DNA from: a virus | Lineage: Duplodnaviria; Heunggongvirae; Uroviricota; Caudoviricetes | IMG/VR virus record: IMGVR_UViG_3300031994_000001 | Coordinates: 311,799 to 375,798 of that record | Reading direction: 5' to 3' (one strand) | Length of the DNA: 64,000 nucleotides | In this document: positions 1-9,898 of the stretch, one piece after another | Numbering within the stretch: the first letter of the stretch is position 1 | How the letters are laid out: each line of letters begins with the position of its first letter | Program-made: the position numbers and the translations under genes | Notes under the pieces: generated by a model | What the model saw: only the letters and a program-made list of their open reading frames with translations | Databases searched by the model: none | Told to the model about the DNA's origin: nothing

Positions 1-247
1 CCGCACAAGTCCACTTTTGAACACCATTGCCGTCAAGCATAAGCGGGTCGAAAACGTCATAAATTGCCTTAATGACATTTTCCTCAAACTCAATGGCGTA
101 AAGATATTCGCCTTTCTCCCCCTTGTTCCAAACAGCCTGCGCGGTGTGACCGTTGTGGGCGAGAACCCCGTTCAGTTCATTTATCGCAAATCCGTTTGCG
201 AGGAAATCGTCCTTCGTGATTTCCGTAATCAAAAAAATTGTGTTCAT
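1..247 (-). CDS. hypothetical protein, partial (runs off window start)
   Basis: ATG at 247 (MNTIFLITEITKDDFLANGFAINE...) stays open to the window edge; follows 268..609 on the same strand. Confidence 0.6.
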   Translation of the reverse strand, partial: MNTIFLITEITKDDFLANGFAINELNGVLAHNGHTAQAVWNKGEKGEYLYAIEFEENVIKAIYDVFDPLMLDGNGVQKWTCA

Positions 248-267
248 ATTCGTTATAATGTTTTTCG

Positions 268-609
268 CTATTTTCTTCCTATACTGTGGTTGTAAAAATT
301 GCCGTCAGACCATATATAAGGTACGTTGGCGTGTTGGTGTGAATCCCAAGTGTCGTCATAAAACGCATCCCACATCTTGTTTTCAATGTATGAATTGGCG
401 TTGCCATCGTGATAGAACACAAAATGTATCACGGGTACATTGCCTTTCGGGTCGGCTTTCTCGTTCATTCTCTCCATAAGCGAGACGAACTCGTTTACCG
501 ACTTGCCGTGGAAGTTCGATATTATGTTCTCGTGTTCCCTAACCGAAGCGAACCAAGCGAGTATTTCGGGTACTTCCTTCATCTCATTTTTAATTTCTTC
601 AAGTGTCAT
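268..609 (-). CDS. hypothetical protein
   Basis: 113-aa ORF; TTTATTATA element upstream (633-641). Confidence 0.65.
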   Translation of the reverse strand: MTLEEIKNEMKEVPEILAWFASVREHENIISNFHGKSVNEFVSLMERMNEKADPKGNVPVIHFVFYHDGNANSYIENKMWDAFYDDTWDSHQHANVPYIWSDGNFYNHSIGRK

Positions 610-719
610 ACAGATTCAGTTTATCACTATAATATAATAAAAAAATCAAAATTCGTGTGTGTTGTTCAAAAATAATTTATATGCGCGTCCGAGATTGGAA
701 AAATGCCAATTTCAACCAT

Positions 720-727
720 TATAAATA
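720..727 (+). promoter_or_regulatory. T4-type late promoter TATAAATA
   Basis: exact gp55-dependent consensus 21 nt before the tail sheath ATG. Confidence 0.75.
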
Positions 728-748
728 ATATAAAATATTTTAATCAAT

Positions 749-3700
749 ATGGCACTATCAACAGAACTTTACGGTCTCAAATCAGCAGGTACATACAGAT
801 TTGAAAGAGACCAGTCCGTGACAATGGACACCGCCACTCCGTTGGAAAATGTCAGAATGTTGGTCGGATTCTCAAAGGTCGGCCCCTTTAACACACCCGT
901 GTTTATCCAAAACACTCGTGAGTTCATCAACACATTCGGTGACATTGACCGCACGTTGGAAAAAAGAGGTTCATACTTCCACAGAAGTTGTCTCGCCGCT
1001 TTGAGTGCTGGACCAATCTACGCGCTCAATCTTCTTAAACTCACCGATGAAGACAAGGTGGACGCTATGCGTTTCTCAACCTCTGTCGCTTCAGAGGCGC
1101 AGGACGAGAACCCGCAAGCGGAAGGCAACCTTTTCGACTACCGTGGAATGTATAACATCGAAAACTTCTACACTCCTTCAGAGGAGTCTTTCCTCTACAC
1201 TATCGGCAGAAAGAACTACTATGAGGAAAACAGCACCAACTGCATCCTCAACTTCACCAACATCGGCAAGTCACCCGTTTCAGTCATCGTGACAAGGGCT
1301 AACGAGTACAACTCAACCAACTTCAAGGTAACTGCACAAGAATGGTACGGCAAGGGCAATGTTCCCGAATACCTCCACGAGACCTCTTATATGAGCGACT
1401 ATATGGTTGACGTTTATGTTCTCGCAGGAAATTGGGGCGGCGACTTCAATGACGAGGAAGGTCATCCTTACAGAAGATTCGCTTCCGACATCAAGTTCGG
1501 CAAGTATTTCGACAAAGACAAGGGCTTCATCAGACGCAAGAACGCCGATGACACAACCGACACTATGCTGACACAGTTCCTCAACGAACCCGATGTCAAG
1601 TTGATTGGGAAGTACACGGGTTCTCTTATCCCAGGCTTGGTTGACAAGAACGGTCGCAACATCTATATTGAATATATGATTAACAGCGACACCGCAACCA
1701 ACGGTCTTATGTGTTCTGTGAACGAGCAAATTTTTGACGGCGATGTGAAATTGGACGGCGCACGCTACGGTATTGATATGGTGGGTCACTCACTCTATGA
1801 CGCTATCCAAAACGAAAACTACTCAAATGTTAGGTTCTTGAGTTACAGCGGCAATGTCAGCGGAAAACTCGAAGACGACATTTTGGGCGGCGCAAGCCTC
1901 TCATTGGGAACGGGTACTGACGCTCCTTATTCACTCACTATTGACACAAACATTCCGAAAGACCTCGAACTCGCTTCAAACGCAACCCCACGCAACGGTG
2001 CTGCTGTTGACGAATTTAGAGGCGGTATCGCAGTCATCAACACAAAAGAAGGCAACGGCACTATCAGAAAGTATGTTTACTACTATATGGAAAAAATCGG
2101 CGAAGATGCCGACCATAACCCAACCTACGAATATGTAGAGCCATCCGCTTCTGCAACCAATACAGAAGACGAGCAAAGGGACGCTGCCGCTTACGAAACC
2201 ATTTTCGCACAAGTGGCAAAGAACGACAAGGTGTATATGGAGTACAACAACAACTTCTGGCCTATCACCAACATCACCAAAACAACGCTCAACGGTGTGA
2301 CCGACAATTCAGCAATCCCGCAAGAGGTCGCTAACATAATCAACGGCAACGCCGCACAGCAAACCGACAAATTCTTCAACAACATTGACACCGAGACAAG
2401 AATCGCTCACCCAATCGTGAAATACGTCATCACGCTCAAGGCTGACGCAAACCACCAACTGTCCGATTCAAGCGACATCTCAAATGACGGCGGTTCATAT
2501 CTGATTTCAGAAGACTTTAACGGCGGATTCATTTTCAACGGAAATCCTTTGCCAAACTTTGTGTTCTTGGAAGGCTCTAATGTTTACGCAAACAGAAAGA
2601 ACCTCTCAACCCACGACAAGATTGACAAAGACGGTGGAATTGACATCGATTGGTACGACAACATCCATCCTATCACAACCGTAAACGGAACTGAAATCGC
2701 AAACGCCGCATACGCTCCCGACTATGTTGCCGCATACCTCACCGAAGGCGAGGAAGACGCTCAACAGCAAATCACAAACTTCTCATTCAACGACAACAAA
2801 GTGACTGTTCTTCTTGGTGCAGGACACTACGAAATGACAATCACAGTCAAGAGAAGCGTGTACGGAATCGAAGCAAAAGAAAACGAGTTCTTCATCCCCG
2901 CAGAGAGCAACGATGAATCATACGACTATGTTAAAATCGGAAACTTCATTCTCTCAAAGGACGGAGACAACCACCGTTTGACAAGAATCGCGGAAATCAC
3001 GGGTGTCAGCGACCCCGAAAGCGGTATCGTCACTTGGAGAAAAGTCGCCTGCCAAGACAAGGTTGTTCTGAACAACTTCTTCCTTGATTCAACCGACAAC
3101 ACCGAATGGTGTTCAACCGAGTGCTTCTGCGACATTACCGAATACTTCACACACTACAATGTGTTCACTTTGGGTGGCTTCACCTTGAAGAAATCACATA
3201 TGCCCGATGGCACAAACGAGCGTCAACACGAAATCCTTGACCTCTTGGCAGAGGACTCAAAGGACAGCAACTTGTTCAACGCTCTGATTGACCGCGAACT
3301 TATCCAATTCCGTTATTTGGTTGACACCTTCGGATTTGGTATCGAAGAATCCTGCAAAGACCAATACACAAAACTTTGCAAGGAAAGAAAGAGTGCATTC
3401 GCCATCATCAACGCTCCGTCAAGCAACGACTTCAAGATTTCGGAGAATCCGTCATTCATTGACAAGAACAAATCCGTATCAGCAGAGTTCATCGCAAAGG
3501 GCGGCGACCCCGACAAGAACCCTACATTCTTGTTCTCACTTCCCGATGTGGCACACGGCGCAACTTGGGGCGCATACTACTACCCATACCTCAAAGTGTA
3601 CAGCAACTACACAACAATCAATGTTCCGCCTGCCGCTTACGTTTCCAACTTGTATGTTGCGAAGTACGAAACGGGTCAACCTTGGAACGCTGTCGCAGGA

Positions 3701-4201
3701 CAGAACAGAGGTGTAATCAGCGGTAACAATGTTGTTGGCGTTGAGTCAACACTCGTAAGAGACAACCGCGATTGGTTAGAACCTGCGGGTATCAACTCAA
3801 TCATCTACCAAAACGGCGTTGGCTGCGTAATCTACGCTAACAAGACTGCAAAGCAAACTCCGAAGTCCGCTTTGAGCGAAATCAACTGCCGTGAGGCTTG
3901 TATCTACATCCAAGACGGTGTTGAAAAGATACTCCGTAACTACTTGTTCGAAGTGAACAACGCACAAACAAGACTTGAAATCAAGACTTTGGTTGACAAC
4001 TTCATTGATATGGTGAAGAACAACGGCGGCGTTTACGACTTCAAGACCGTTATGGATAAATCAAACAACACCAACGAGGTCATTGACCACAATATGGGTG
4101 TGATTGACATCTTCATCGAACCTGCCCGCGCAATGGACATCCTCGTTCAAAAACTCACAATTTTGAGAACGGGTGTTATCGAAAGCGGTACGTTTGAATA
4201 A
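749..4201 (+). CDS. contractile tail sheath protein (T4 gp18-like) with large internal insertion
   Basis: N-terminal SAGTYRFERD..VGFSKVGPFNTPVFI..FINTFG; C-terminal sheath signature PWNAVAGQNRG, INSII, NKT..SALSEINCRE, FEVNNAQTR, DKSNNTNEVID, IFIEPARAM. Confidence 0.92.
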   Translation: MALSTELYGLKSAGTYRFERDQSVTMDTATPLENVRMLVGFSKVGPFNTPVFIQNTREFINTFGDIDRTLEKRGSYFHRSCLAALSAGPIYALNLLKLTDEDKVDAMRFSTSVASEAQDENPQAEGNLFDYRGMYNIENFYTPSEESFLYTIGRKNYYEENSTNCILNFTNIGKSPVSVIVTRANEYNSTNFKVTAQEWYGKGNVPEYLHETSYMSDYMVDVYVLAGNWGGDFNDEEGHPYRRFASDIKFGKYFDKDKGFIRRKNADDTTDTMLTQFLNEPDVKLIGKYTGSLIPGLVDKNGRNIYIEYMINSDTATNGLMCSVNEQIFDGDVKLDGARYGIDMVGHSLYDAIQNENYSNVRFLSYSGNVSGKLEDDILGGASLSLGTGTDAPYSLTIDTNIPKDLELASNATPRNGAAVDEFRGGIAVINTKEGNGTIRKYVYYYMEKIGEDADHNPTYEYVEPSASATNTEDEQRDAAAYETIFAQVAKNDKVYMEYNNNFWPITNITKTTLNGVTDNSAIPQEVANIINGNAAQQTDKFFNNIDTETRIAHPIVKYVITLKADANHQLSDSSDISNDGGSYLISEDFNGGFIFNGNPLPNFVFLEGSNVYANRKNLSTHDKIDKDGGIDIDWYDNIHPITTVNGTEIANAAYAPDYVAAYLTEGEEDAQQQITNFSFNDNKVTVLLGAGHYEMTITVKRSVYGIEAKENEFFIPAESNDESYDYVKIGNFILSKDGDNHRLTRIAEITGVSDPESGIVTWRKVACQDKVVLNNFFLDSTDNTEWCSTECFCDITEYFTHYNVFTLGGFTLKKSHMPDGTNERQHEILDLLAEDSKDSNLFNALIDRELIQFRYLVDTFGFGIEESCKDQYTKLCKERKSAFAIINAPSSNDFKISENPSFIDKNKSVSAEFIAKGGDPDKNPTFLFSLPDVAHGATWGAYYYPYLKVYSNYTTINVPPAAYVSNLYVAKYETGQPWNAVAGQNRGVISGNNVVGVESTLVRDNRDWLEPAGINSIIYQNGVGCVIYANKTAKQTPKSALSEINCREACIYIQDGVEKILRNYLFEVNNAQTRLEIKTLVDNFIDMVKNNGGVYDFKTVMDKSNNTNEVIDHNMGVIDIFIEPARAMDILVQKLTILRTGVIESGTFE

Positions 4202-4253
4202 ACCACACGATTATAAACCAAAGAGGGACGTTAAAAACGCCCTTCTTTTTTGT

Positions 4254-4261
4254 TATAAATA
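4254..4261 (+). promoter_or_regulatory. late promoter TATAAATA
   Basis: exact consensus just before 4279, directly after a hairpin/T-run ending the sheath gene. Confidence 0.7.
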
Positions 4262-4278
4262 TTACAATAAAATAGATT

Positions 4279-4776
4279 ATGAAAATATATTCAATAGACG
4301 AATTTGTAAACGAGAAATTGGATATACAACCAATCTCGAAAAAGAGACTGCAAGACCTGCAAATAGAAAGCCTGCCTGGGTGGAGCGACCACAAACTCAA
4401 GCAAGAGGCTATGAAGTGGGCGGAAGAATCCGCGCAATGGCTTGTTGACAACAAGGAAAATGGCGGATGCTGCTTCTTCAAACTCGGCGCGTCAAAATGC
4501 AAGACGGGTGAAATGTATATCGTTATGGGTTGGAGCGGCGGCTTTGACGAAGACGACACGCAGAACCCCTATGCCGATGGCGAATACAGAATCTGTACCA
4601 AACTCGCGTACAATGAAAGTTCAATGCAAAGCGACTATGAGTTTGATTGGGAAATGCCATACGATGAGAACACGGGTGACGTTGACGACACCGACACGGA
4701 GTACAGCGAACCCAATGATGTCTTGTGGCAGATAGAGCATTGGCAGGAACTTTACAAAGAAAACGATGACGAATAG
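4279..4776 (+). CDS. acidic hypothetical protein with the shared leader (FVNE-KLDIQPISKKRL)
   Basis: ORF with leader motif, late promoter and downstream terminator. Confidence 0.8.
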   Translation: MKIYSIDEFVNEKLDIQPISKKRLQDLQIESLPGWSDHKLKQEAMKWAEESAQWLVDNKENGGCCFFKLGASKCKTGEMYIVMGWSGGFDEDDTQNPYADGEYRICTKLAYNESSMQSDYEFDWEMPYDENTGDVDDTDTEYSEPNDVLWQIEHWQELYKENDDE

Positions 4777-4780
4777 TCAG

Positions 4781-4807
4781 AGGCTCGCAGACGCGAGCCT
4801 TTTTTTT
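4781..4807 (+). terminator. Rho-independent terminator
   Basis: AGGCTCGC-agac-GCGAGCCT followed by a T-run. Confidence 0.85.
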
Positions 4808-4808
4808 G

Positions 4809-4880
4809 TGTTGATAAGATTGTTGATAACTTTTCTGAAAAAAATGATGCGCGTATAAAAACATTTTGTATTTTTGCGGC
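4809..4880 (+). promoter_or_regulatory. Bacteroidota-type promoter (TATTTTTG -7 box) with tandem TGTTGATAA boxes
   Basis: TGTTGATAA at 4809 and 4821; TATTTTTG at 4869-4876; same geometry at 6994-7062 and 43004-43059. Confidence 0.6.
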
Positions 4881-4943
4881 GTAATCTGTTTATAAGCAAA
4901 ATCGCTTATAAAACACATATATAAGTCATATAACTTATAAAGT

Positions 4944-5504
4944 ATGAAGATAAAGAATCTGAAATCAACAATCACCCTAATCAAGAAGCACTTGATTGAC
5001 TGCGGGTGCGAGTTCGACCACAGCAGCGACAAGTCGAACTCCGTATATCTGAAACTGCTGAAAAAGACAATCCGCATTTCAGACCACTTCGGCCCGCTTG
5101 CCTGCAAGGACATCAACATCGTTGTCTCCGTGAACGGCAAATACTCCGTTGTCATAAACGGAGGTCTGCTTATTTACGACAAAATCAGCGAACTGAAATC
5201 CTTTATGAAGAATTACTGCGAACTCCAAATCTGCAACAACACCGTTGATATGAACCTCGTAAGCGAGAAAATCGTGTTACAAAAGGAAAAACTTGCCAAA
5301 ATCAACAGCGACCTTGCCGATTCAAACAGCAAACTTATGCAGTTGCAAAGCAAGGTGAACAAGGCAAACATACAAATATCGCAAGTGTCACACCTCAAAT
5401 TCAGTGATGACAGAACCGTTGACGTGTCAACACTCACGAGCAAACAAAAAGCGAAACTGTTTCAAGTTGCAAACAGTTTCGCGAAGCAGTTGTCACAGAA
5501 TTAG
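4944..5504 (+). CDS. hypothetical protein (SNSVY...IRISDH motif, C-terminal coiled coil)
   Basis: 186-aa ORF after a host-type promoter. Confidence 0.7.
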   Translation: MKIKNLKSTITLIKKHLIDCGCEFDHSSDKSNSVYLKLLKKTIRISDHFGPLACKDINIVVSVNGKYSVVINGGLLIYDKISELKSFMKNYCELQICNNTVDMNLVSEKIVLQKEKLAKINSDLADSNSKLMQLQSKVNKANIQISQVSHLKFSDDRTVDVSTLTSKQKAKLFQVANSFAKQLSQN

Positions 5505-5869
5505 TTTGAATCCTCGAAGCATTGAATAGGAATCTTGACAATGCCCAAGTCCGATTCGACTTTCGGATGCAGGGTGTTCCACCCCTGCGCAAGACCCGTC
5601 CACGCATAACTCGTGAAGTAGTTGAACGGGTTTTTGTATTTTTCGGGGTCGAAGTTGCGCCAATACCGCAGTATGTTCATCATAGCGTGAGCCTTGCAGT
5701 CCTCCGCATCTTCCTTTGAGTCGTAGTGGTTGCAACGGCTCACACGCTCAATAAGCATCTGACAATAGTTGATTGCGTTGTTCGTCAACTCGTCTTTTTC
5801 CAATGATATGAGCATTTCATTATAAAAGTCGGTCGGGTCAATATAATTCTTTCCTCTCTTGCGTCCCAT
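5501..5869 (-). CDS. T4 gp55-like late sigma factor (short)
   Basis: KNYID...EDC..HAM..ILRYWRNFDPEKYKNPFNYFT resembles the gp55-family NFDPEK.KNPF.YFT motif. Confidence 0.75.
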   Translation of the reverse strand: MGRKRGKNYIDPTDFYNEMLISLEKDELTNNAINYCQMLIERVSRCNHYDSKEDAEDCKAHAMMNILRYWRNFDPEKYKNPFNYFTSYAWTGLAQGWNTLHPKVESDLGIVKIPIQCFEDSN

Positions 5870-5945
5870 ATTGAATATTATGTTTATTACTATATAATAA
5901 AAAACACGAATGTTTGTTCGTGTTTTCGTATTTGATTAGTCCGAT

Positions 5946-6374
5946 TTACTTATTGTGCTTTCTTCTTTTCGGCGGGTATGTCACCTTCAGTTTCTTGTAT
6001 ATCGGATATTTCGGTTTGCGCTTTTTCTTTTCCAATTCGGGATACGCACTGACCAACCTGCTGTAACTCGAATAGGTCTCCACAATGTTCACACCCTTTT
6101 TCTTCACTCTGAACTGACGGAAGTTGTTTCTCTCCAAATCCCAATACTGTATGTAACCCATAGCCTTCAGCACCTCAATCGAATAGCAGTACACCCCTTT
6201 CGGTTTCCAATATTGTAGTATGTAACTGCCCATAAGCGTGCCGAATGCCTTTCTGTGAGAGCCGTCCTTCTTCGTGTACTCGAACACGACAAACCCCCTG
6301 CGCAGTGCATCCTTGATTGTCTTGCGCTTATAGGTCATTGATTCAAACAGTTCCTCGAATGTGTAGATTTCCAT
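5946..6374 (-). CDS. SH3-fold WYL_2/DUF2693-like protein
   Basis: FEYTKKDGSHRKAFGTL...YWDLERNNFRQFR. Confidence 0.65.
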   Translation of the reverse strand: MEIYTFEELFESMTYKRKTIKDALRRGFVVFEYTKKDGSHRKAFGTLMGSYILQYWKPKGVYCYSIEVLKAMGYIQYWDLERNNFRQFRVKKKGVNIVETYSSYSRLVSAYPELEKKKRKPKYPIYKKLKVTYPPKRRKHNK

Positions 6375-6376
6375 TG

Positions 6377-6925
6377 TTAGTCTTTGTTGAAGTATATACC
6401 GTTGTACTTGGAATCAGAACCCTTGTTGATTCTCACATAGCCTTTCGGCTTCTTTGTAACCAAGAATGTGACGGAAGTGTCAACCATAACGTGAGCGGTG
6501 TTCATAAACAGTCTGTTCACGAGCATCTTCACATAGTTCTTTGAACGGTCAACGAGAGCAAACGGAATCTTGTAGTCCTTGCCTCTGAAAGCGATGTCAA
6601 GCATAACACTAACCCTTTCCTCATCGTTTCTGTTTCTCACAACGGACTTGCCGCATTTTTTGGAGCGCATCTTGATTCCATTGATTTCCCAATTCACATA
6701 GTCGCCGTCAACCTCGTATTTGTCGCACATAATGGACGACACCGTTCCGTTGCCGCTGTCGAACTTGGCAACGAAATCACCGATTTCGGGAACGCTTATC
6801 ATTTCAAGATAGCCAACCCTCGTTAGTTCATCGGAGGACTTGTGGCGTTTCACACGCTTCTTTTCGCCACCGTTCTCATAAACAAGTTTCTCGCAGATAA
6901 AATTATCGTATGTCTTTATTTCCAT
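6377..6925 (-). CDS. RimK-associated retropepsin-like ('putative ATP-dependent zinc') protease
   Basis: AKFDSGNG..S catalytic-type motif, EER..V.LDI, F.LVDRS....MLVNR.FM; late promoter at 6944-6951. Confidence 0.65.
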   Translation of the reverse strand: MEIKTYDNFICEKLVYENGGEKKRVKRHKSSDELTRVGYLEMISVPEIGDFVAKFDSGNGTVSSIMCDKYEVDGDYVNWEINGIKMRSKKCGKSVVRNRNDEERVSVMLDIAFRGKDYKIPFALVDRSKNYVKMLVNRLFMNTAHVMVDTSVTFLVTKKPKGYVRINKGSDSKYNGIYFNKD

Positions 6926-6993
6926 AATTCAAATATGTCATAATATTTATATCGGCTAACTTGCCGCCATTGAGACATTACCGACAATCTCGG

Positions 6994-7066
6994 TGTTGAT
7001 AACTTTGTTGATAACTTATTTCAAAAACCCGTTTTTCCGTATCTCATTTTTTTGTATTTTTGCGGC
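6994..7066 (+). promoter_or_regulatory. host-type promoter with tandem TGTTGATAA boxes
   Basis: TGTTGATAA at 6994 and 7006; TATTTTTG at 7055-7062. Confidence 0.6.
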
Positions 7067-7173
7067 ATTGATTCAAACAACGTTATTATGGTTAAAACAA
7101 GCCCAATTATGAAACAGATAACCCTTTCGGCAGCAATAAACAATATTAAAACGCAAATCTAAAACCTACGATT

Positions 7174-7914
7174 ATGAAAAATGTAGTATTCATTAACGAG
7201 GTGTTCGACAATGTGAACGGATACCTAAAATCACCAAATTTCCAAAAGTATGTGAGCGCAATAGCAAGACGACTATCGGTAAATGAAAACAGCGAGTTCT
7301 ATGACGACATCTCGCAAGAGTGTGCAATCGCCGTGATTGAGGCATTCAACACATTCGACCCGCAGAAGTGCGGTGGATTCAACTTCTTTTGGGGTCACGC
7401 CTACCCCCGTATGTACGAGTACGCAAAAAAGGAGTTGAACAAGCAAATCAATGTGGTGCATATCCCAATCAACAGAGCCAACTCCGCGTTCTCAAACGAG
7501 AAAAGGAAGTACGCTTACGAGCAGATAAAGCACACCTACGTGCGCGGTCTTATGTTCGAGAAAGTCACCGATTTGAACTGCGACATAGAGACCATTGAGG
7601 ATAACGAATCAGCATCGCACAACTTCCGTGCGTTAGTGCCAGAGAACAGAGATGTTTCCGATTTCAACGCATACCAAATTGCTATGTCATCAGACAACGA
7701 TGCCATAATTGACATTGCCGAAGCATTCAAACTGCTGCCAAACGATTGCAGGGATGTCGTGGGTATGAGGGTCGGAAGCATTCCAACGAACAACGGCAAG
7801 AACGACTACGATAGCATAGCGAAAACGCTTGGCATATCAAAGCGCAACGCCCAATACCTATACGCAAAGGGACGGGATTTCCTAAAAGAGAAACTGTCCT
7901 GCTACACAAAATGA
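7174..7914 (+). CDS. phage sigma70-family factor
   Basis: region 2-like DDISQECAIAVIEAFNTFDPQK..FNFFWGHA; region 4-like LP..CRDVVGMR...YDSIAKTLGISKRNAQYLYAKGRDFLK. Confidence 0.75.
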   Translation: MKNVVFINEVFDNVNGYLKSPNFQKYVSAIARRLSVNENSEFYDDISQECAIAVIEAFNTFDPQKCGGFNFFWGHAYPRMYEYAKKELNKQINVVHIPINRANSAFSNEKRKYAYEQIKHTYVRGLMFEKVTDLNCDIETIEDNESASHNFRALVPENRDVSDFNAYQIAMSSDNDAIIDIAEAFKLLPNDCRDVVGMRVGSIPTNNGKNDYDSIAKTLGISKRNAQYLYAKGRDFLKEKLSCYTK

Positions 7915-7928
7915 CAATTCGACAAAGC

Positions 7929-7962
7929 AAAGACCGCAACGGGAATCCATTGCGGTCTTTTT
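7929..7962. terminator. bidirectional terminator between convergent genes
   Basis: AAAGACCGCAA...TTGCGGTCTTT inverted repeat. Confidence 0.8.
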
Positions 7963-7993
7963 ACATATCGTCAAAGCCGTTGGCTACAAATCC

Positions 7994-8566
7994 TCAAAGG
8001 AACACAACCGAATCGTATCGGTCTTCAACTTCAACCGTATTTGCGGGGAACAGCATATTGCGGTAACTTTGCAGGATTGTCGTGTGTGTAGTCCAACCTG
8101 GCTCCGCGTAGCAAACGCTGTAAACCCCGTGGAGGTAAATGTCGTACAGTTCACGGAAATAAACGTGATAGCGGCTAACGGTATCGTCCAAGTAACCCCA
8201 TTGGCGTTCCTTTGATGTAGCCCAAACGGAGTTGCGTTGGTTGTCAAACTCGGATATGTCCCTCAAATAGTGGTTGCCCGAAACGTCATACGCGCCGAAT
8301 GCCATAGTGTAAGTCGGGTCAAGTTCGCTGTCAACCGTGAACCAATTGACACCCCAAATGTCGCCGAACACCCTACACAAGTCAAACGGGGCATATCTGT
8401 TGACATAAAAGTCGTACAGAGCGTCATATCCGTCAAACGTGAAATACTGATATTGGCGTGTTTGCTTTTTCCAAAGGAAAACCTGCACCTCTTTGAGTTC
8501 CATCTTGTAAACCCGAAGGGTGTCGAATAGGTCAATAATCAGTTTGAATGTAAGCAGTTCTATCAT
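7994..8566 (-). CDS. hypothetical protein
   Basis: aromatic-rich 190-aa ORF; TATAAATA at 8588-8595 (minus). Confidence 0.65.
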   Translation of the reverse strand: MIELLTFKLIIDLFDTLRVYKMELKEVQVFLWKKQTRQYQYFTFDGYDALYDFYVNRYAPFDLCRVFGDIWGVNWFTVDSELDPTYTMAFGAYDVSGNHYLRDISEFDNQRNSVWATSKERQWGYLDDTVSRYHVYFRELYDIYLHGVYSVCYAEPGWTTHTTILQSYRNMLFPANTVEVEDRYDSVVFL

Positions 8567-8615
8567 ATATCGCTGTAATATACGATATATTTATAAGACC
8601 GCCGCCGTCAACGAG

Positions 8616-8867
8616 TTAGAATCGTGCGAAAATCCTATCCTCCTTCAGACACTCGTAATCCTTATTTCCTATCCTTACGGGGGTGGTATGACCTATCGGT
8701 TTAAGTATCTTATCACCGACCTTGAAGTGAGAGCCTTCGCATACCGCAACAACCACGGCTACCCTTTGGTAGTTCTGCTTCGGCAATATGATTCCGCTTT
8801 CAGTTTTTTCTTCCATAATAGGCTCGTCCTTAATCATAACGTAGCCGTTTTTCATATCAATCTTCAT
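8616..8867 (-). CDS. groES: co-chaperonin GroES (Cpn10)-like
   Basis: EEKTESGIILP mobile loop, VVAV, KVGDKI, E..IFA. Confidence 0.8.
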   Translation of the reverse strand: MKIDMKNGYVMIKDEPIMEEKTESGIILPKQNYQRVAVVVAVCEGSHFKVGDKILKPIGHTTPVRIGNKDYECLKEDRIFARF

Positions 8868-8878
8868 ATATGTTCGTG

Positions 8879-9529
8879 TTAAAACAATTTCGGTTCTTTC
8901 GGTTCTTCCGCCACTTCGCCGTTCTGCATTTCAGCCTTTACCTTTGAAGCGGCAGCGTCTATCAGTTTCATCAAATCCCTCGAACTGCGGGTCTTTGCAC
9001 TTATGGCATCGGCATCTTCCGCAGTCTCCACCTCAACAGCAGCGGTCATTTCGACATCAGAGGTGATTTGCTTGAACGATTCCTCTATCGAAGTGAGGTA
9101 CATATTTTTCGTTTTGAGGAGTTCGACCTCCGTTTTCTGCAAGTCGGTAAAGCATTTAACAAGGTTCGGGTTTATGAACCCGACCAATATGCTGTTGGCG
9201 ACTGCCTTGATTACGTCCTCGGTCAGTTCGACTTGGTAGATTATCTTGCCAAGACTGTCGGCATCCGCTTTCGCCTTGAACTGAACATAGTCAATGTCGT
9301 TTGAATTTTTGCTGTAAAGGTTCTTTGCCGATGACACAATCTCATCAGCAGCCTTTTTTGCTGTAATGGCACGCTCTATCATTTCCTTGTCGCGTTCCTC
9401 ACGCGCCCTGCGCAGGGTTTCCTCGTCATTTTCCTCGAACACAAGCGTATTGTCTTCGAGCAAATTGTCAACCGTGCCGTCATTGAAATCGTCAAGGATT
9501 TCCTTTATTTCATCTGCGTTACTGCTCAT
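8879..9529 (-). CDS. helical acidic protein, possibly terminase small subunit (gp16-like)
   Basis: helical coiled segments, P.LVKCF..L.K and a C-terminal SSRDLMKLI reminiscent of gp16; weak. Confidence 0.35.
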   Translation of the reverse strand: MSSNADEIKEILDDFNDGTVDNLLEDNTLVFEENDEETLRRAREERDKEMIERAITAKKAADEIVSSAKNLYSKNSNDIDYVQFKAKADADSLGKIIYQVELTEDVIKAVANSILVGFINPNLVKCFTDLQKTEVELLKTKNMYLTSIEESFKQITSDVEMTAAVEVETAEDADAISAKTRSSRDLMKLIDAAASKVKAEMQNGEVAEEPKEPKLF

Positions 9530-9836
9530 TTTCGTTTATCAATGTTGTATTGCCTCCCGTTGAGGTTGACCAACCGCCGCTACCATATCCACGCAACGGG
9601 CAGTTGATACAATCCCTGCAAGGATTAGGACAGTGCGCCCAATCGGTACAATTCTGATTGTCTTGTGTGGGAACGGGAACATAAATTGGATTCCTGCTGC
9701 CCAACAACGCCGCATCAAGCGCGTCATTGCAGGCAATAAGCATATCAATCAACTCGGCTTTTGATTTCTTCGAGTAGATTTTCCTCGCTTCCTCACGGGT
9801 AAGTTGTCTTATTGTTACAATATCTGAATTTTCCAT
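9519..9836 (-). CDS. hypothetical protein with Cys cluster
   Basis: CTDWAHCPNPCRDCINCP; TATAAATA at 9844-9851 (minus). Confidence 0.6.
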   Translation of the reverse strand: MENSDIVTIRQLTREEARKIYSKKSKAELIDMLIACNDALDAALLGSRNPIYVPVPTQDNQNCTDWAHCPNPCRDCINCPLRGYGSGGWSTSTGGNTTLINENEQ

Positions 9837-9843
9837 ATCCTTT

Positions 9844-9869
9844 TATTTATATCAACAACCTTATAAATA
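9844..9869. promoter_or_regulatory. back-to-back late promoters
   Basis: TATTTATA at 9844-9851 and TATAAATA at 9862-9869 between divergent genes. Confidence 0.7.
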
Positions 9870-9898
9870 TATAATAAAAATCTCAAAAAAGTGAATAT

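Noticed and set aside
7088-7162. Short upstream ORF (MVKTSPIMKQITLSAAINNIKTQI) before the sigma factor
   Set aside because: Too short and featureless to support as a gene or leader peptide without ribosome profiling or conservation data.
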